Assembly (NCBI GenBank): GCA_951406725.2
Contig: OX597814.1
Span: forward strand, 19,964,001-20,028,000
Origin: Octopus vulgaris
Lineage: Eukaryota
Direction of reading: 5' to 3'
DNA: 64,000 nt
Part shown: one piece after another, positions 1 to 12,432 of the stretch
How the letters are laid out: each line of letters starts with the position of its first letter
How positions within the stretch are numbered: the stretch's first letter is position 1
Program-made: the position numbers and the translations under genes
The notes under the pieces: model-generated
Seen by the model: the letters and a program-made list of their open reading frames with translations, nothing else
Told to the model about the DNA's origin: nothing
Database searches by the model: none

Positions 1-1520
1 AAAGGATTCGTGAGATTTTGTTACTTTGCGAACCTTTGCGTTCTGAGATCAAATTCCTTTGATGCCCCCCCAAAATTGGCTTTCATCTTTCCGAGGTGGG
101 GGTCAATAAAATAAAATATTAGTCAAGTGTTAGATTTAATCTAATCTATCGCCTGGTTTAAAATTATTAGATTGGTTGATCAGCAGAAATAGTAGACAAA
201 AGGATGCGTGAGATTTTGTTACTTTGCGAACCTTTGCGTTCTGAGATCAAATTCCTTTGATGCCCCCCCCAAAATTGGCTTTCATCTTTCCGATCTTGGG
301 GTCAATAAAATAAAATATTAGTCAAGTGTTAGATTTAATCTAATCTATCGCCTGGTTTAAAATTATTGGATTGGTTGATCAGCAGAAATAGTAGACAAAA
401 GGATTCGTGAGATTTTGTTACTTTGCGAACCTTTGCGTTCTGAGATCAAATTCCTTTGATGCCCCCCCAAAATTGGCTTTCATCTTTCCGAGGTGGGGGG
501 GGGTCAATAAAATAAAATATTAGTCAAGTGTTAGATTTAATCTAATCTATCGCCTGGTTTAAAATTATTGGATTGGTTGATCAGCAGAAATAGTAGACAA
601 AAGGATGTTCGAGATTTTTGTTACTTTGCGAACCTTTGCGTTCTGAGATCAAATTCCTTTGATGCCCCCCCCAAAATTGGCTTTCATCTTTCCGATCTTG
701 GGGTCAATAAAATAAAATATTAGTCAAGTGTTAGATTTAATCTAATCTATCGCCTGGTTTAAAATTATTAGATTGGTTGATCAGCAGAAATAGTAGACAA
801 AAGGATGCGTGAGATTTTGTTACTTTGTGAACCTTTGCGTTCTGAGATCAAATTCCTTTGATGCCCCCCCAAAATTGGCTTTCATCTTTCCGAAGTTGGG
901 GGTGGTCAATAAAATAAAATATTAGTCAAGTGTTAGATTTGATCTAATCTATCGCCTGGTTTAAAATTATTAGATTGGTTGATCAGCAAAAATAGTAGAC
1001 AAAAGGAGGCGTGAGATTTTGTTACTTTGCGAACCTTTGCGTTCTGAGATCAAATTCATTTGATGCCCCCCCCCAAAATTGGCTTTCATCTTTCCGATCT
1101 TGGGGTCAATAAAATAAAATATTAGTCAAGTGTTAGATTTAATCTAATCTATCGCCTGGTTTAAAATTATTGGATTGGTTGATCAGCAGAAATAGTAGAC
1201 AAAAGGATGCGTGAGATTTTGTTACTTTGCGAACATTTGCGTTCTGAGATCAAATTCCTTTGATGCCCCCCCAAAATTGGCTTTCATCTTTCCGAGGTGG
1301 GTGGGTCAATAAAATAAAATATTAGTCAAGTGTTAGATTTAATCTAATCTATCGCCTGGTTTAAAATTATTAGATTGGTTGATCAGCAGAAATAGTAGAC
1401 AAAAGGATGCGTGAGATTTTGTTACCTTACGTACTTTTACGTTCTGAGATCAAATCTCATCGACGTCATCTTTGCCTTTCATCCTTCTGGGGCGTTAATA
1501 AAATAAAATAGCAATCAAAT
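1..1520 (+). repeat. Tandem satellite, ~200-bp unit, 7 full units plus a partial one; unit resembles a decayed SINE-A body
   Basis: AAAGGAT..GTGAGATTTTGTTACTTTGCGAACC recurs near 1, 199, 399, 600, 801, 1002, 1202 and 1401. The unit contains GTTCTGAGATCAAATTCC..GGCTTTCATCTTTCCGA..GTCAATAAAATAAAATATTAGTCAAGT, similar to the SINE at 1544. The array runs off the window start. Confidence 0.9.
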
Positions 1521-1543
1521 ACTAGACTAGACTTACCGTATTT

Positions 1544-1958
1544 GGCGGCGAGCTGGCAGAAACGTTAGCGCGCCGGGCGAAATGCTTAGCGGTATTTCGT
1601 CCGCCGCTGCGTTCCGAGTTCAAATTCTGCCGAGGTCAACTTTGCCTTTCATCCTTTCAGGGTCGATAAATTAAGCACCAGTTACGCACTGGGGTCGATG
1701 TAATCGACTTAATCCGTTCGTCTGTCCTTGTTTGACCCCTCTGTGTTTAGCCTCTTGTGGGTAGTAAAGAAATAGGTATTTCGTCTGTCGTTACGTTCTG
1801 AGTTCAAAATCCGCCGAGGTCGACTTTGCCTTTCATCCTTTCAGGGTCGATAAATAAAGTACCAGTTTCGCACTGGGGTCGATGTAATCGACTTAATCCC
1901 GTTGTATTTCCTTGTTTGTCCCCTCTATGTTTAGCCCCTTGTGGGTAGTAAAGAAATA
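1544..1958 (+). mobile_element. tRNA-derived SINE, family A (GGCGGCGAGCTGGCAG head), body duplicated
   Basis: Pol III A/B-box-like head (GAGTTCAAATTC) and conserved GACTTTGCCTTTCATCCTTTC..GTCGATAAA core. 21-bp TSD TAGACTAGACTTAC(C/T)GTATTT at 1523-1543 and 1959-1979. Confidence 0.9.
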
Positions 1959-1971
1959 TAGACTAGACTTA

Positions 1972-2564
1972 CTGTATTTATTCGCGTATAAGTTTCACTA
2001 TTTTATATTTAATTTTAACGGAAAGAACTGGGATACGACTTACAGACAGGGCTAAACTAAAACTATGAACAGAAAAATCTTTGTACCAAGGTTCTGACAC
2101 TAAATTACAGGTGCAGGAGTGGCTGTGTGGTAAGTAGCTTGCTAACCAACCACATGGTTCCAGGTTCAGTCCCACTGCGTGGCATCTTGGGCAAGTGTCT
2201 TCTGCTATAGCCCCGGGCCGACCAATGCCTTGTGAGTGGATTTGGTAGGCGGAATCTGAAAGAAGCCTGTCGTATATATGTATGTGTGTGTATATGTTTG
2301 TGTGTCTGTGTTTGTCTCCCTAGCATTGCTTGACAACCGATGCTGGTGTGTTTACGTCCCCGTCACTTAGCGGTTCGGCAAAAGAGACCGATAGAATAAG
2401 TACTGGGCTTACAAAGAATAAGTTCCGGGGTCGATCTGATCGACAAAAGGCGGTGCTCCAGCATGGCCGCAGTCAAATGACTGAAACAAGTAAAAGAGTA
2501 AAAGAGTAAAGAGTAAAGAGTGCAACTTATACACAAGTGCGACTTATACACGAGTAAGTGCCGT
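1972..2564. mobile_element. pogo/Tigger-like MITE remnant interrupted by a SINE
   Basis: Imperfect TIRs TTACTGTATTTATTCGCGTATAAG (1969-1992) and CTTATACACGAGTAAGTGCCGTAA (2543-2566), with TA flanks. Confidence 0.5.
2109..2520 (+). mobile_element. tRNA-derived SINE, family B (GGAGTGGCTGTGTGGTAAG head, (AAAGAGT)n tail), full length
   Basis: A box TGGCTGTGTGG, B box GGTTCAGTCCC, internal (TG) tract and repeat tail; many near-identical copies in the window. Confidence 0.9.
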
Positions 2565-2862
2565 AATTCGTTGTCCAGTTTAATACCACCACTTGGTCTT
2601 TGTGTGCTTTTAGCGGATTTTACGCTGTTACAAGCATTCGGGCCAGGTCTCCGGTTGATTTGGTGGGCTGCTTCCTCCCTTCAATCTGAAAGCCCTTAAA
2701 AATATAACGGGTAAAAAATACTTTCCTCTCTAATTAAAAGGTAAGAAGAAAGTATTGCAGTCAAATAAACCAATTAAGTACTTCAACCAAAATTTCTTGC
2801 CTTGTATTTGAATAAGACGTCATTGTAATTGAGGATGGTGTTATTGTTAAGGTTGGTGGTAT

Positions 2863-3068
2863 TCTTTCTATTATAAGCACATGGCACGAAGCTTTGGGGG
2901 AAGAGACTAGTCGATTACATCGATGCCAGAATTTCACTGGTACTTAATTTATCGAAAGGATGAAAGGCAAAGTCGACCTCGGCAGAATTTGAACTAAGAA
3001 CGTAGCGACAGGCGAAATACCGCTAAGCATTTCGTCCAGGGTGCTAACGACTCTGCCAGCTCACCATC
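2863..3068 (-). mobile_element. SINE family A
   Basis: Reverse complement of the 1544 element; TSD TTAAGGTTGGTG(G/A)TAT at 2847-2862 and 3069-3084. Confidence 0.85.
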
Positions 3069-3123
3069 TTAAGGTTGGTGATATGGCATAACTGTTAGAA
3101 CGTCGATATTAGTTATGGATCAA

Positions 3124-3519
3124 GGCGGCGAGCTGGCAGAATCGTTAATACGCCGGGTGAAATGCTTAGCGGTATTTCGTCTGCCGCTTCGTTATGAGTT
3201 CAAATTCCGCCGAGGTCGACTTTGCCTTTCATCCTTTCGGAGTCGATAAATTAAGTACCAGTTTCGCACTGGGGTCGATGTAATCGACTTAATCAGTTTG
3301 TCTGTCCTTGTTTGTCCTCTCTGTGTTTAGCCCCTTGTGGGTAGTAAAGAAATAGGTATTTCGTCTGTCTTTACGTTCTGAGTTCAAATTCCGCCGAGGT
3401 TGACTTTGCCTCTCATCCTTTCGGGCTCCATAAATTAAGTACCAGTTGCCTACTGGAGTCGATCTAATCGACTGGCCTACTCCCGAAAAATTTCGGGCCT
3501 TGTGCATAAAGTAGAAAAG
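3124..3519 (+). mobile_element. SINE family A, two body units
   Basis: Same head and core as 1544; TSD GATATTAGTTATG(G/A)ATC at 3105-3121 and 3520-3536. Confidence 0.9.
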
Positions 3520-4868
3520 GATATTAGTTATGAATCTTTTATTGTTTTTAGTAATGGTCCTTTGCATTCTGAGTTCAATCCCCACAAAGGAAAGCTTTGC
3601 CTTTCATTCTCTCGGGGTCGGTAAAATATATTACCAGTCAAGTAAATGGATCTATTTAATCAACTAAACTACTCAACTTAAATCTGAGGATCTATGTAGT
3701 TTAGAAATTATTATAATTGCTAAGGGTGGAAAATGGCAAAAAAAGTAGGATGGGGAATGCTTGGTTATTCTTAGTTATTTGATTGTACATTCGAATTTCA
3801 AATCCGACCGAGGTTATTTTTAACTTTTACCATTTCAGAGTCGATAAAATGAAGTAGTAATCAAGTACTGAGATCGATTTAGTCGAATATACTTTCCGAT
3901 CAAAATTTGTAGCCTTGTGTCTATGTTAAAAGCCGTAGTTATTATAGATTGAGTCTATTTTCAAAATTTCGAACGAGAGCCGAGCGCGGCTGACAAAATG
4001 CAATACAGTATTTAAGTATGGCCCTTTATGTTTTTCTCCATAATTTTTATCTAATGGACCCACTGTTGTTGCTGTCTCTCTTTACGTCCAGGCAGTGACT
4101 GTCCCTTTACAAATGACACTGGAGTTGATTTTGCTGTCCATCCTCTTGGAGTAGCTAGAACAACTGTTAGAACTGACTGAAACGGCCGAATTTCTATCCT
4201 ACAAATGCGTGGCCTTATAACTATTATATAAATCAGTATCATGTGTTCTGATACCAGAGATTAAGGGGTGAACCTTGTTAATAACCTGTGATCCAGTTTC
4301 GTTCACCCGTGATAATGTTACGTGGTTTTAACATTCCGAGCGATTCTGACACACGATTTTTATTCTGAGTTGAAGCTCTTTAGAGTTCCGACGTCAGTAT
4401 TGGTGAGAAAAAAACTCCTTAGCATCTGAAAATTCACTGAGGGAAGTATCGGATGTAGAGAATCTCTGCAATTACCAGAAGCACAATACTGCCTTGGTTC
4501 TATAATCGTCACGTTTTCTGGGCTGAGCTTGAGTTTATTTGCATTATACAGTCAGCTCTCACAACAGATATACCATGAGATCAAAAAAATCTATATGTAT
4601 AATTAGTTAAAGAACGGCAGCAATAACAACTGGCTACTGAGAAGGAAACGGAGATGAAAACGTAAAAGGCTTTGATTAAATACTGCACGACATTTTGCCG
4701 GCTTCTCGTCTCTTTCTACTAATACTGTACAATAATAATGAGTTTTAACAGCCACAAGGCATCGAATGTTCATAGAAGGGTCTTCTTTCTTTAGGTGTCA
4801 TGTCCAGAATGTAGGACACAGACAATATTGTCCTGCCACAATTCTCTGTTCTTTATTTTCTGTAACAG

Positions 4869-4968
4869 TTCCACTTTTTTGCTGACAATTCTACTTCAGC
4901 CCCGAACCAAAATATTGGATATTCACCACTGCTAACCTGCAGTCACAAACGGATTACAAAACAGACAG
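4869..4968 (+). other. Possible unassigned exon
   Basis: Polypyrimidine tract plus acceptor (TTCTTTATTTTCTGTAACAG) and donor CAG|GTGAGA. An open frame reads FHFFADNSTSAPNQNIGYSPLLTCSHKRITKQT; no protein recognised. Confidence 0.15.
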
Positions 4969-5303
4969 GTGAGAAGCATGGCTTAGACTCCCAAAACAAT
5001 TCTCTGGCGATTTTCGGATGCTTTTGTTTTGTTTTTTTAAGTAAAAATATCCTTTAGATTTCATAGGATTCTTCTCTGGGTTTAACACAGAATGAAACTA
5101 ATCATTTTTGTTACCTTCCCGATACATAATTAAACTTATACTTTTAATTTTTTCTTCGAAGTAGATAAAACTATAAATAATATCGTAAAATATTGGGTTA
5201 AAAAAAACTCCAACCCTCATCTTCATTTAACATGTTAGACGTTCTACCATCGTACCAAAGCAATCCTTCGAATTCTATATCTATTTCTGGAGTCTTTTTC
5301 TTT

Positions 5304-5536
5304 TGCTGTTTTCACCAAGCTGAGTGATTGTATATATTTCTCTGGTTCGAGGCCTGAGAATTATTTTTATGTCTATAGTTGTTGTTCTTGTTTAACCCCA
5401 AGTCAGTAGTAACTGAGCAAACCTATGATCAAAAGCATTCCAGTCGTGGCTATCAACCTCACTTTAGGCGACTATGAATATAGGACTTCTTGAGCGAGAT
5501 GCACCTCGTATTGAACTAAAGATCTAATTGTATGGT
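5304..5536. repeat. Inverted duplicate of 11807-12464 (that copy is interrupted by a SINE)
   Basis: Near-identical reverse complement across ~230 bp. Confidence 0.85.
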
Positions 5537-5951
5537 CATAAGAATGTAGAAACTTTATGTATTTTAAATCCCTTTAAAATTTGTTTGTCTTTTTCAAAGA
5601 CAAAACCTACAATTATGTATATATTTATTGTTGTTGTTTTTTTGTTTTTGCATTGATTCGTTTTATATTTCAAGAGCCCTTTACGTGGCGACAATGACAA
5701 AACTGACAAAAATATGTAATATTTATTTGGCATTGATTTTATTAGTTATCAGAAGTTTAAAAAATTACAATTAAAAAAACTTGATTTTTACCTTGAAAAC
5801 TGCCTATGCTCACATATTTGTGTGTGTGTGTGTGTGTGTGTGTTCGCGCGCACAAGCATACAACTTAGAAGGAACCTTGCATTCATCCATTCTATCTAAA
5901 GTATTCTTGGTATCATCTGATTCCATATTTGTATATCTAATACTACATTAT

Positions 5952-6216
5952 GGAGGTGCGTGGCTTAGTGGTTAGGGTGTCATGATCGTAAGATTGCGGT
6001 TTCGATTCCTGGACCGGGTGACGCGTTGTGTTCTTGAGCAAAACACTTCATTTCAGGTTGCTCCAGTCCGCTCAGCTGGCAAAAATGAGTAACGCTGCGA
6101 TGGACTGGCGTCCCGTCCAGCTGGGGGAACACATACGCCATTGAAACCTGGAAACCGGGCCCATGAGCCTGGCTAGGCTTTAAAAGGGCGCATTTATTTT
6201 ATTTATTTATCATTAT
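5952..6216 (+). mobile_element. tRNA-derived CORE-like SINE, family D
   Basis: GGAGGTGCGTGGCTTAGTGGTTAGG head, GGTTTCGATTCC B box and TGTGTTCTTGAGCAAAACACTT core; TSD TAATACTACATT at 5938-5949 and 6217-6228. Confidence 0.85.
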
Positions 6217-6237
6217 TAATACTACATTGTTTAATGT

Positions 6238-6618
6238 GGAGGCGCAATGGCCCAGTGGTTAGGGCAGCGGACTCGCGGTCATAGGATCGCGGTTTCGATT
6301 CCCAGACCGGGCGTTGTGAGTGTTTATTGAGCGAAAATACCTAAAGCTCCACGAGGCTCCGGCAGGGGATGGTGGTGATCCCTGCTGTACTCTTTCACCA
6401 CAACTTTCTCTTACTTCCTGTTTCTGTTGTACCTGTATTTCAAAGGGCCGGCCTTGTCACTCTCTGTGTCACGCTGAATATCCCCGAGAACTACGTTAAG
6501 GGTACACGTGTCTGTGGAGCGCCCAGCCACTTACACGTTAATTTCACGAGCAGGCTGTTCCGTTGATTCGGATCAACCAGAACCCTCGTCGTCGTAACCG
6601 ACGGAGTGCTTCCATCCC
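6238..6618 (+). mobile_element. tRNA-derived SINE, family C, tail type X
   Basis: GGAGGCGCAATGGCCCAGTGGTTAGGGCAGCGG head; TSD ACATTGTTTAAT at 6224-6235 and 6619-6630. Confidence 0.9.
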
Positions 6619-7861
6619 ACATTGTTTAATATGTCCATCCGTTTTCAAGACGATAGAGTGTGAATTGAGTGATATATGGCTGTTATTTCTAGAAGGTGCA
6701 GTGATTACGTAGAAGCTTCCTAGATCGGCTTGCTCTACTCTACTCTTTTGCCTCACTGTAGCATTCACACAGTCTCTTTCATTGACATTTCTTCTGCAAT
6801 AATCTTTATTTAATTTTGTCGTTATTTTTGGTTTTTCATCGCTATTAGACGAAATCTCTCTTTTGTCTTTGTGCTGCTACCACTGTTTGTTCTGTCTCAT
6901 TTACTCTCGGTAATTGAAAGCAATCAACTGCTACTCCTTTAAACTTGGATAATCTCAAGCTAACCTGTAACTTTCCATTGATATAATAATTTCGGCTCTA
7001 ATCACATTTTCCATAACATTCACCTTGATGAGTTCCTCGTACTATTTGATTTTTTTTAATAAAAGCCAACCCCATTATAAGGCGGATCCCAGATGACGCG
7101 TCCAACAGTTTGCTTTCAAAGACATAAGGGAAAAAAATTGAAACGAACTGCTTTCTCTACGTTTTATTTGCCTGTTGGTTGCATTTTTATGATTTTTTCA
7201 AATCTAGAGCTCAAACGAAAGAAACGTGTCTCATCTCCTATTTAAGCGATTCATCCTCCATGCATTTAAAAGGCTACATGTTTTATGGCTCATCTGTTAG
7301 GACAGAGCTATGCGAATTATTTTGCGAGAAAAGTCGCTTTATGCTACATTTCTTTTTTCTTTTTTTCTCTCTAATATCTTTCTGGGTCTTTAAAGGAATA
7401 TTTGATCGCTGATTTTCTCCAGGTTGATATTCGACTTGTGACTGTTTTTCGATATTTGCATGAAATAGTGCCCCTTTGTTAAATATTCCTAGAAATTCTA
7501 AAGAAGGTGATTACGTTGGACTTAGACTCATCGCCAGTTATATTCATGACTTACTGATTACGTAATGTCATACTCATATTTTAATCCTGGTGAAGATTTC
7601 TTTGAAATTGTGTTAAAAATATTAGTACTGTGCAGTATTAAATATTTTATTTTTCAGAAAAATATTTACCCCTCTATACTCCCAGTACCCCGCTAGACAG
7701 TTTAGAAACTGTGTAAGCCATAATTAAAGGTAAAGTATTCATTAATACATGGTACAAATTTATTCAGGTGATGGCACGTTCAAGACTACTCGTGTTTCCT
7801 CCTGGCTTCGAAATCCTCAGAGTACCAAAGAAACATGTTGAGTTTTACAAGTGTTATCATC

Positions 7862-7990
7862 TACAGTTTAATATTTAAGAGATGAGGAATTATGTACATT
7901 ATTTACATTATTTCCATTCGACGTATATTTCTCCTCATCTTGTTTGTTGTTAACACAACGTTTTGGCTGATATATCCTCCGGCCTTCAAA
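7862..7990 (-). mobile_element. Truncated Penelope-like terminal-repeat fragment with a decayed hammerhead half
   Basis: The minus strand reads TGAAGGCCGGAGGATATATCAGCCAAAACGTT, a degenerate GA-GGC..GCC-GAAAC-GUU, followed by AATAATGTA repeats. Confidence 0.4.
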
Positions 7991-8040
7991 TGGAAATAAT
8001 GTAAATAATGTAAATATTGTTATCATCTGAATAAATAAAT

Positions 8041-8210
8041 AGGTGCAGGTATGGCTATGTAGTAAGAAGCTTCCTTGCCGACAACATGGGTTCAGGTTCA
8101 GTCCCATTGCATGGAGCCTTGGGCGTTTTCTATTATAGCTTCGGGTCGACCAAAGCCTTGTGAGTGGGTTTGGTAGACGGAAACTGAAAGAAGCCCATCG
8201 TATATGTGTG
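8041..8210 (+). mobile_element. SINE family B, 5' half
   Basis: Matches 2109-2280, then runs into microsatellite. Confidence 0.8.
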
Positions 8211-8846
8211 TGTGTAGTATATATGTATGTATGTATGTGTGTATGTATGCATGTATGTATATATGTATGTATGTCTGTGTGTATGTATGCATGTATGTAT
8301 GTATATATGTATGTATGTGTGTGTATGCATGTATGCAAGTACGTGTGTATGCATGCATGTAAGTATGTATCTATGTATGTGTGTATGTATGTATGTATGT
8401 ATGTGTGTATGTGTGTGTATGCATGCATGTATGCATGTATGCATGCATGTATGTATTGTGTATTATGTATGTATGTATTATGTATGTATGTATGTATGTA
8501 TGTATGTATGTATGTACGTACCTACCTACATATGTGTGTATATATGTATGTACGTACGTACCTACTTATGTATGTATGGTATATATGTATGTATGTATGT
8601 ACATACCTACCTACCTACGTATGAATGTATGTATGTATGTACCTACGTATGTTTGTATGTATGTATGTATGTATTATGTATGCATGTATGTATATACACA
8701 CACGCAAACACATACACACACACACACATACACACACATACACACACACGCTCACACACTCACACACACACACATACACACAAACCTAAACAAACAAACA
8801 CACACATGAATACACACACACACGCGCAAGCACACATATACACACA
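8200..8846. repeat. Compound (TATG)n/(CA)n microsatellite
   Basis: Directly visible. Confidence 0.95.
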
Positions 8847-9313
8847 TCCTTTTATTTGCCAGCACATTATCTCGTGACAGAAATGATGTTGCCAAATTCA
8901 TTTTTTTTTTTGTATATTTCTTTGTCTCTCACTTACCGCCATCACCGCCATCCTTGAACTTACTGCTTTGCTTGTTTCACTCCCTACCGCCACCAAATAC
9001 ACACTTCACACACCACTCTACTCCTCTCCATCAACCAGCCCCCCATTCTGACACAAAATATAAACAACCTTTTAACAAACAAATTTTTAAAAAACGCATA
9101 AATAAATATATAAATGAACTAAAAGGAAATCCAAATGCGCATGCTCAAAATCAGACACATGCACACTGACATATTGACACAGTCACAAACCACCCAAAAC
9201 TCACATAAGCACACATACACACACACACATATACATACAGCCATCCATCCATACACACACACACATACATACATACATACATACATACGTACGTACGTAC
9301 TTATGTATGTATG

Positions 9314-9344
<31 letters not shown>

Positions 9345-9600
9345 CACTGCCTAAATATCAATCTTGAAAAATTAGGCTTCTCAAAACCAGAAAGGAGAAA
9401 GCTGATTCGAAAACTACAGATCCAATCCATCACTGGGAACTGTAAAAATGTGTAAAACTTTCCAGAAATATTATCATTTAAGTATATATGATCATGCCTA
9501 GATATGCAAGTGTATGCATGAAAATACATACATAAAACAAAACATAAATCTGCATGTACACATACATACATACATACAAAAATACCTCTTTGCTGATGTT

Positions 9601-9967
9601 ACTGTTGCTGTTGAGCGTAGCGGTCTTCGTCCAGTGGGAAAAGTCCGAAACGTGGTCTTTGCTATTCGTAAGAACCGCAGAAGAGAAAGCAGGTCAACCC
9701 CCGACACCGAGAGCATCAACAAATGGATGAATGCGCATCCAGGCTCAGCGGTTGCGTAGGAAGTCGGGGATAAGAAACAGGAAGAAAGAGTGAGAGAAAG
9801 TTGGAGCGAAAGAGCACAACAGGGATCGCCATCACCCCCTGCCGGAGCCTCGTGGAGCTTTAGATGTTTTCTCTCAATAAACACACACAACGCCCGGTCT
9901 GGGAATCGAAACCGCTATCCTCCGACCGCGAGTCCGCTGCCCTAGCCATTGGGCCATTGCGCCTCCA
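9601..9967 (-). mobile_element. SINE family C, tail type Y
   Basis: Head and body match 6238 but the 3' third differs; TSD TTGCTGATGTT at 9590-9600 and 9971-9981. Confidence 0.85.
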
Positions 9968-10312
9968 CTGTTGCTGATGTTGAAATTTCAGTGAAGGTGC
10001 CTTGAATCTAGGTTAGAAACGGGTTCTTTCTCTATTGACAAGAAATCTTGAAACATAGCTGAACAATGATATACATACATACATACATACATACATACAT
10101 ACATACATACATACATACATACATACATACATACATACATACATACATAGAAAGACGTACATACATACACACGTACGTACGTAAGAAAAAGAAGTAAACC
10201 AACTAACACGCGCATTACAAATACAGCTTGAAAGGAGAACAGTAATATATGCAAAAAAAGGAGAACAGTAAAATATGCAAAACTTTGCTATGCCCGAAAT
10301 GTGTCACTTTCT

Positions 10313-11108
10313 TATTCTAGTCACAAGGCCCTAAATTTGGGGAGAGGGAGTCAGTCGATCGGATCGACCTCAGTACGCAACTGGTACATAATTTATCGAC
10401 CCAAGAAAGATGAAAGGCAAAGTCGACCTCGGCGGAATTTGAACTCAGAACGTAAAGAGAGACGAAATACCGCTAAGAATTTCGCTCGGCGTGCTAACGT
10501 TTCTTATTTCTTTAGTGCCCACAAGGGGCTACACACAGAGTGGACAAACAAGGACAGACAAACGGATTAAGTTGATTATACCGTCCCCAGTGCGTAACTG
10601 GTACTTATTTAATCGACCCCGAATGTATGAAAGGCAAAGTCGACCTCGGCGGAATTTGAACTCAGATCGCAGCGGCGGACGAAATACCTATTTCTTTTTC
10701 TTTACTACCCACAAGGGGCTACACACAGAGTGGACAAACAAGGACAGACAAACGGATTAAGTTGATTATACCGTCTCCAGTGCGTAACTGGTACTTATTT
10801 AATCGACCCCGAATGTATGAAAGGCAAAGTCGACCTCGGCGGAATTTGAACTCAGAACGTAACGGCAGACGAAATACCTATTTCTTTATTACCCACAAGG
10901 GGCTAAACACAGAGGGGACAAACAAGGACAGACATAGGTATTAAGTCGATTACATCGACCCCAGTGCGTAATTGGTACTTAATTTATCGACCCCGAAAGG
11001 ATGAAAGGCAAAGTCGACCTCGGCGGAATTTGAACTCACAACGTAACGCAGACGAAATACCGCTAAGCATTTCGCCCGGCGTGCTAACGATTCTGCCAAC
11101 TCGCCGCC
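10313..11108 (-). mobile_element. SINE family A multimer (four body units)
   Basis: GAAAGGCAAAGTCGACCTCGGCGGAATTTGAACTCA occurs four times; one TSD CGAAATGTG(T/A)CACTTTCT at 10295-10312 and 11113-11130. Confidence 0.9.
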
Positions 11109-11239
11109 TATTCGAAATGTGACACTTTCTTTGTAAAGATGATGCTTTGTATCTTCGTAAGAAACCAGTTCCTTATTCAAGAAGAGTTCATATAATTAAA
11201 AACAGAAGTGTGCATTTACATACATACATACATATGTAG

Positions 11240-11449
11240 GAGATTTCCACAAAGTACCTGATGAACAAGAGAGATAGTGACACTCTTGTAATGCCAAGGT
11301 GCAACCGCTTCTGTAGGCTATGCCATGTTTCTGAGGAAGACATTACGCATGTGATTAGCAGCTGCTCTAAAATATCGTCACGGTACTACCTCCCTATGCG
11401 GCACGATGTTGTTGCAAAAACAATTTACAATGCCATCCGCAAAAAATGA
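11240..11449 (+). pseudogene. Fragment of an R4/Dong-like (RLE) non-LTR retrotransposon ORF, CCHC zinc-knuckle region
   Basis: EISTKYLMNKR..CRLCHVSEEDITHVISSC..YYLPMRHDVVAKTIYN has the CxxC-x8-H-x4-C motif followed by RHD. A second decayed copy lies at ~11692-11816 (NRCRRCG..YYLPMGHDVEAK). Confidence 0.8.
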
Positions 11450-12008
11450 CTGTCCCGAAATAATCCCTCTGTTATGAGTGTATATCAGCAGAAGACCATA
11501 CATGGATATGTTAGCAGAAATTTTCAGGATTACGGCAACATAGAGAACCAAAGTAGTCTATGGTGGAGCAACAACCAGATCACTAACTTTCACTTTGAAG
11601 GGTATGCTTTTTGCAATTCAAAAACAGAAAATAGGAAGTGAATTCCTGATGCAAAAAAGGAACAAAGACGCAAGAAAAACTCCAAAATATGATAACCGAT
11701 GCAGGCGTTGTGGGGTTAATACCGAATATTTTACCAACATAAGCATTTTTCCGAAGATGGCATAGCATTATTATCTACCGATGGGACATGATGTTGAAGC
11801 CAAGACACCATACAATTAGATCTTTAGTTCAATACGAGGGGTATCTCGCTCAAGAAGTCCTATATTCATAGTCGCCTAAAGTGAGGTTGATAGCCACGAC
11901 TGGAATGCTTTTGATCATAGGTTTGCTCAGTTACTACTGACTTGGGGTTAAACAAGAACAACAACTTTAGACATAAAAATAATTCTCAGGTCAATAACCA
12001 GAGAGATA

Positions 12009-12432
12009 CTCTCTTTACTCTCTTTTACTATTTTACTTGTTTCAGTCATTTGGCTGTGGCCATGCTGGAGAGCCGCCTTCAGTCGAGCAAATCGACCCCA
12101 GGACTTATTCTTTGTAAGCCTAGTACTTATTCTATCGGTCTCTTTTGCCGAACCGCTAAGTTACGGTGACGTAAACACACCAGCATCGGTTGTCAAGCGA
12201 TGTTGGGGGGGACAAACACAGACACACAAACATATACACACACATATATGTATATACATATATATATACGACGGGCTTCTTTTAGTTTCCGTTTACCAAA
12301 TCTATTAACAAGGCTTTGATCGACCCGAGACTATAGTAGAAGACACTTGCCCAAGATGCCACGCAGTGGGACTGAACCCGGAACCATGTGCTTGGTAAGC
12401 AAGCTACTTACCACACAGCCACTCCTACGCCT
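12009..12432 (-). mobile_element. SINE family B, full length
   Basis: Reverse complement of 2109-2520. Confidence 0.9.

Noticed and set aside
6238-6310. tRNA genes at SINE heads
   Set aside because: A/B boxes are present but there is no complete cloverleaf; they continue into SINE bodies bounded by TSDs.
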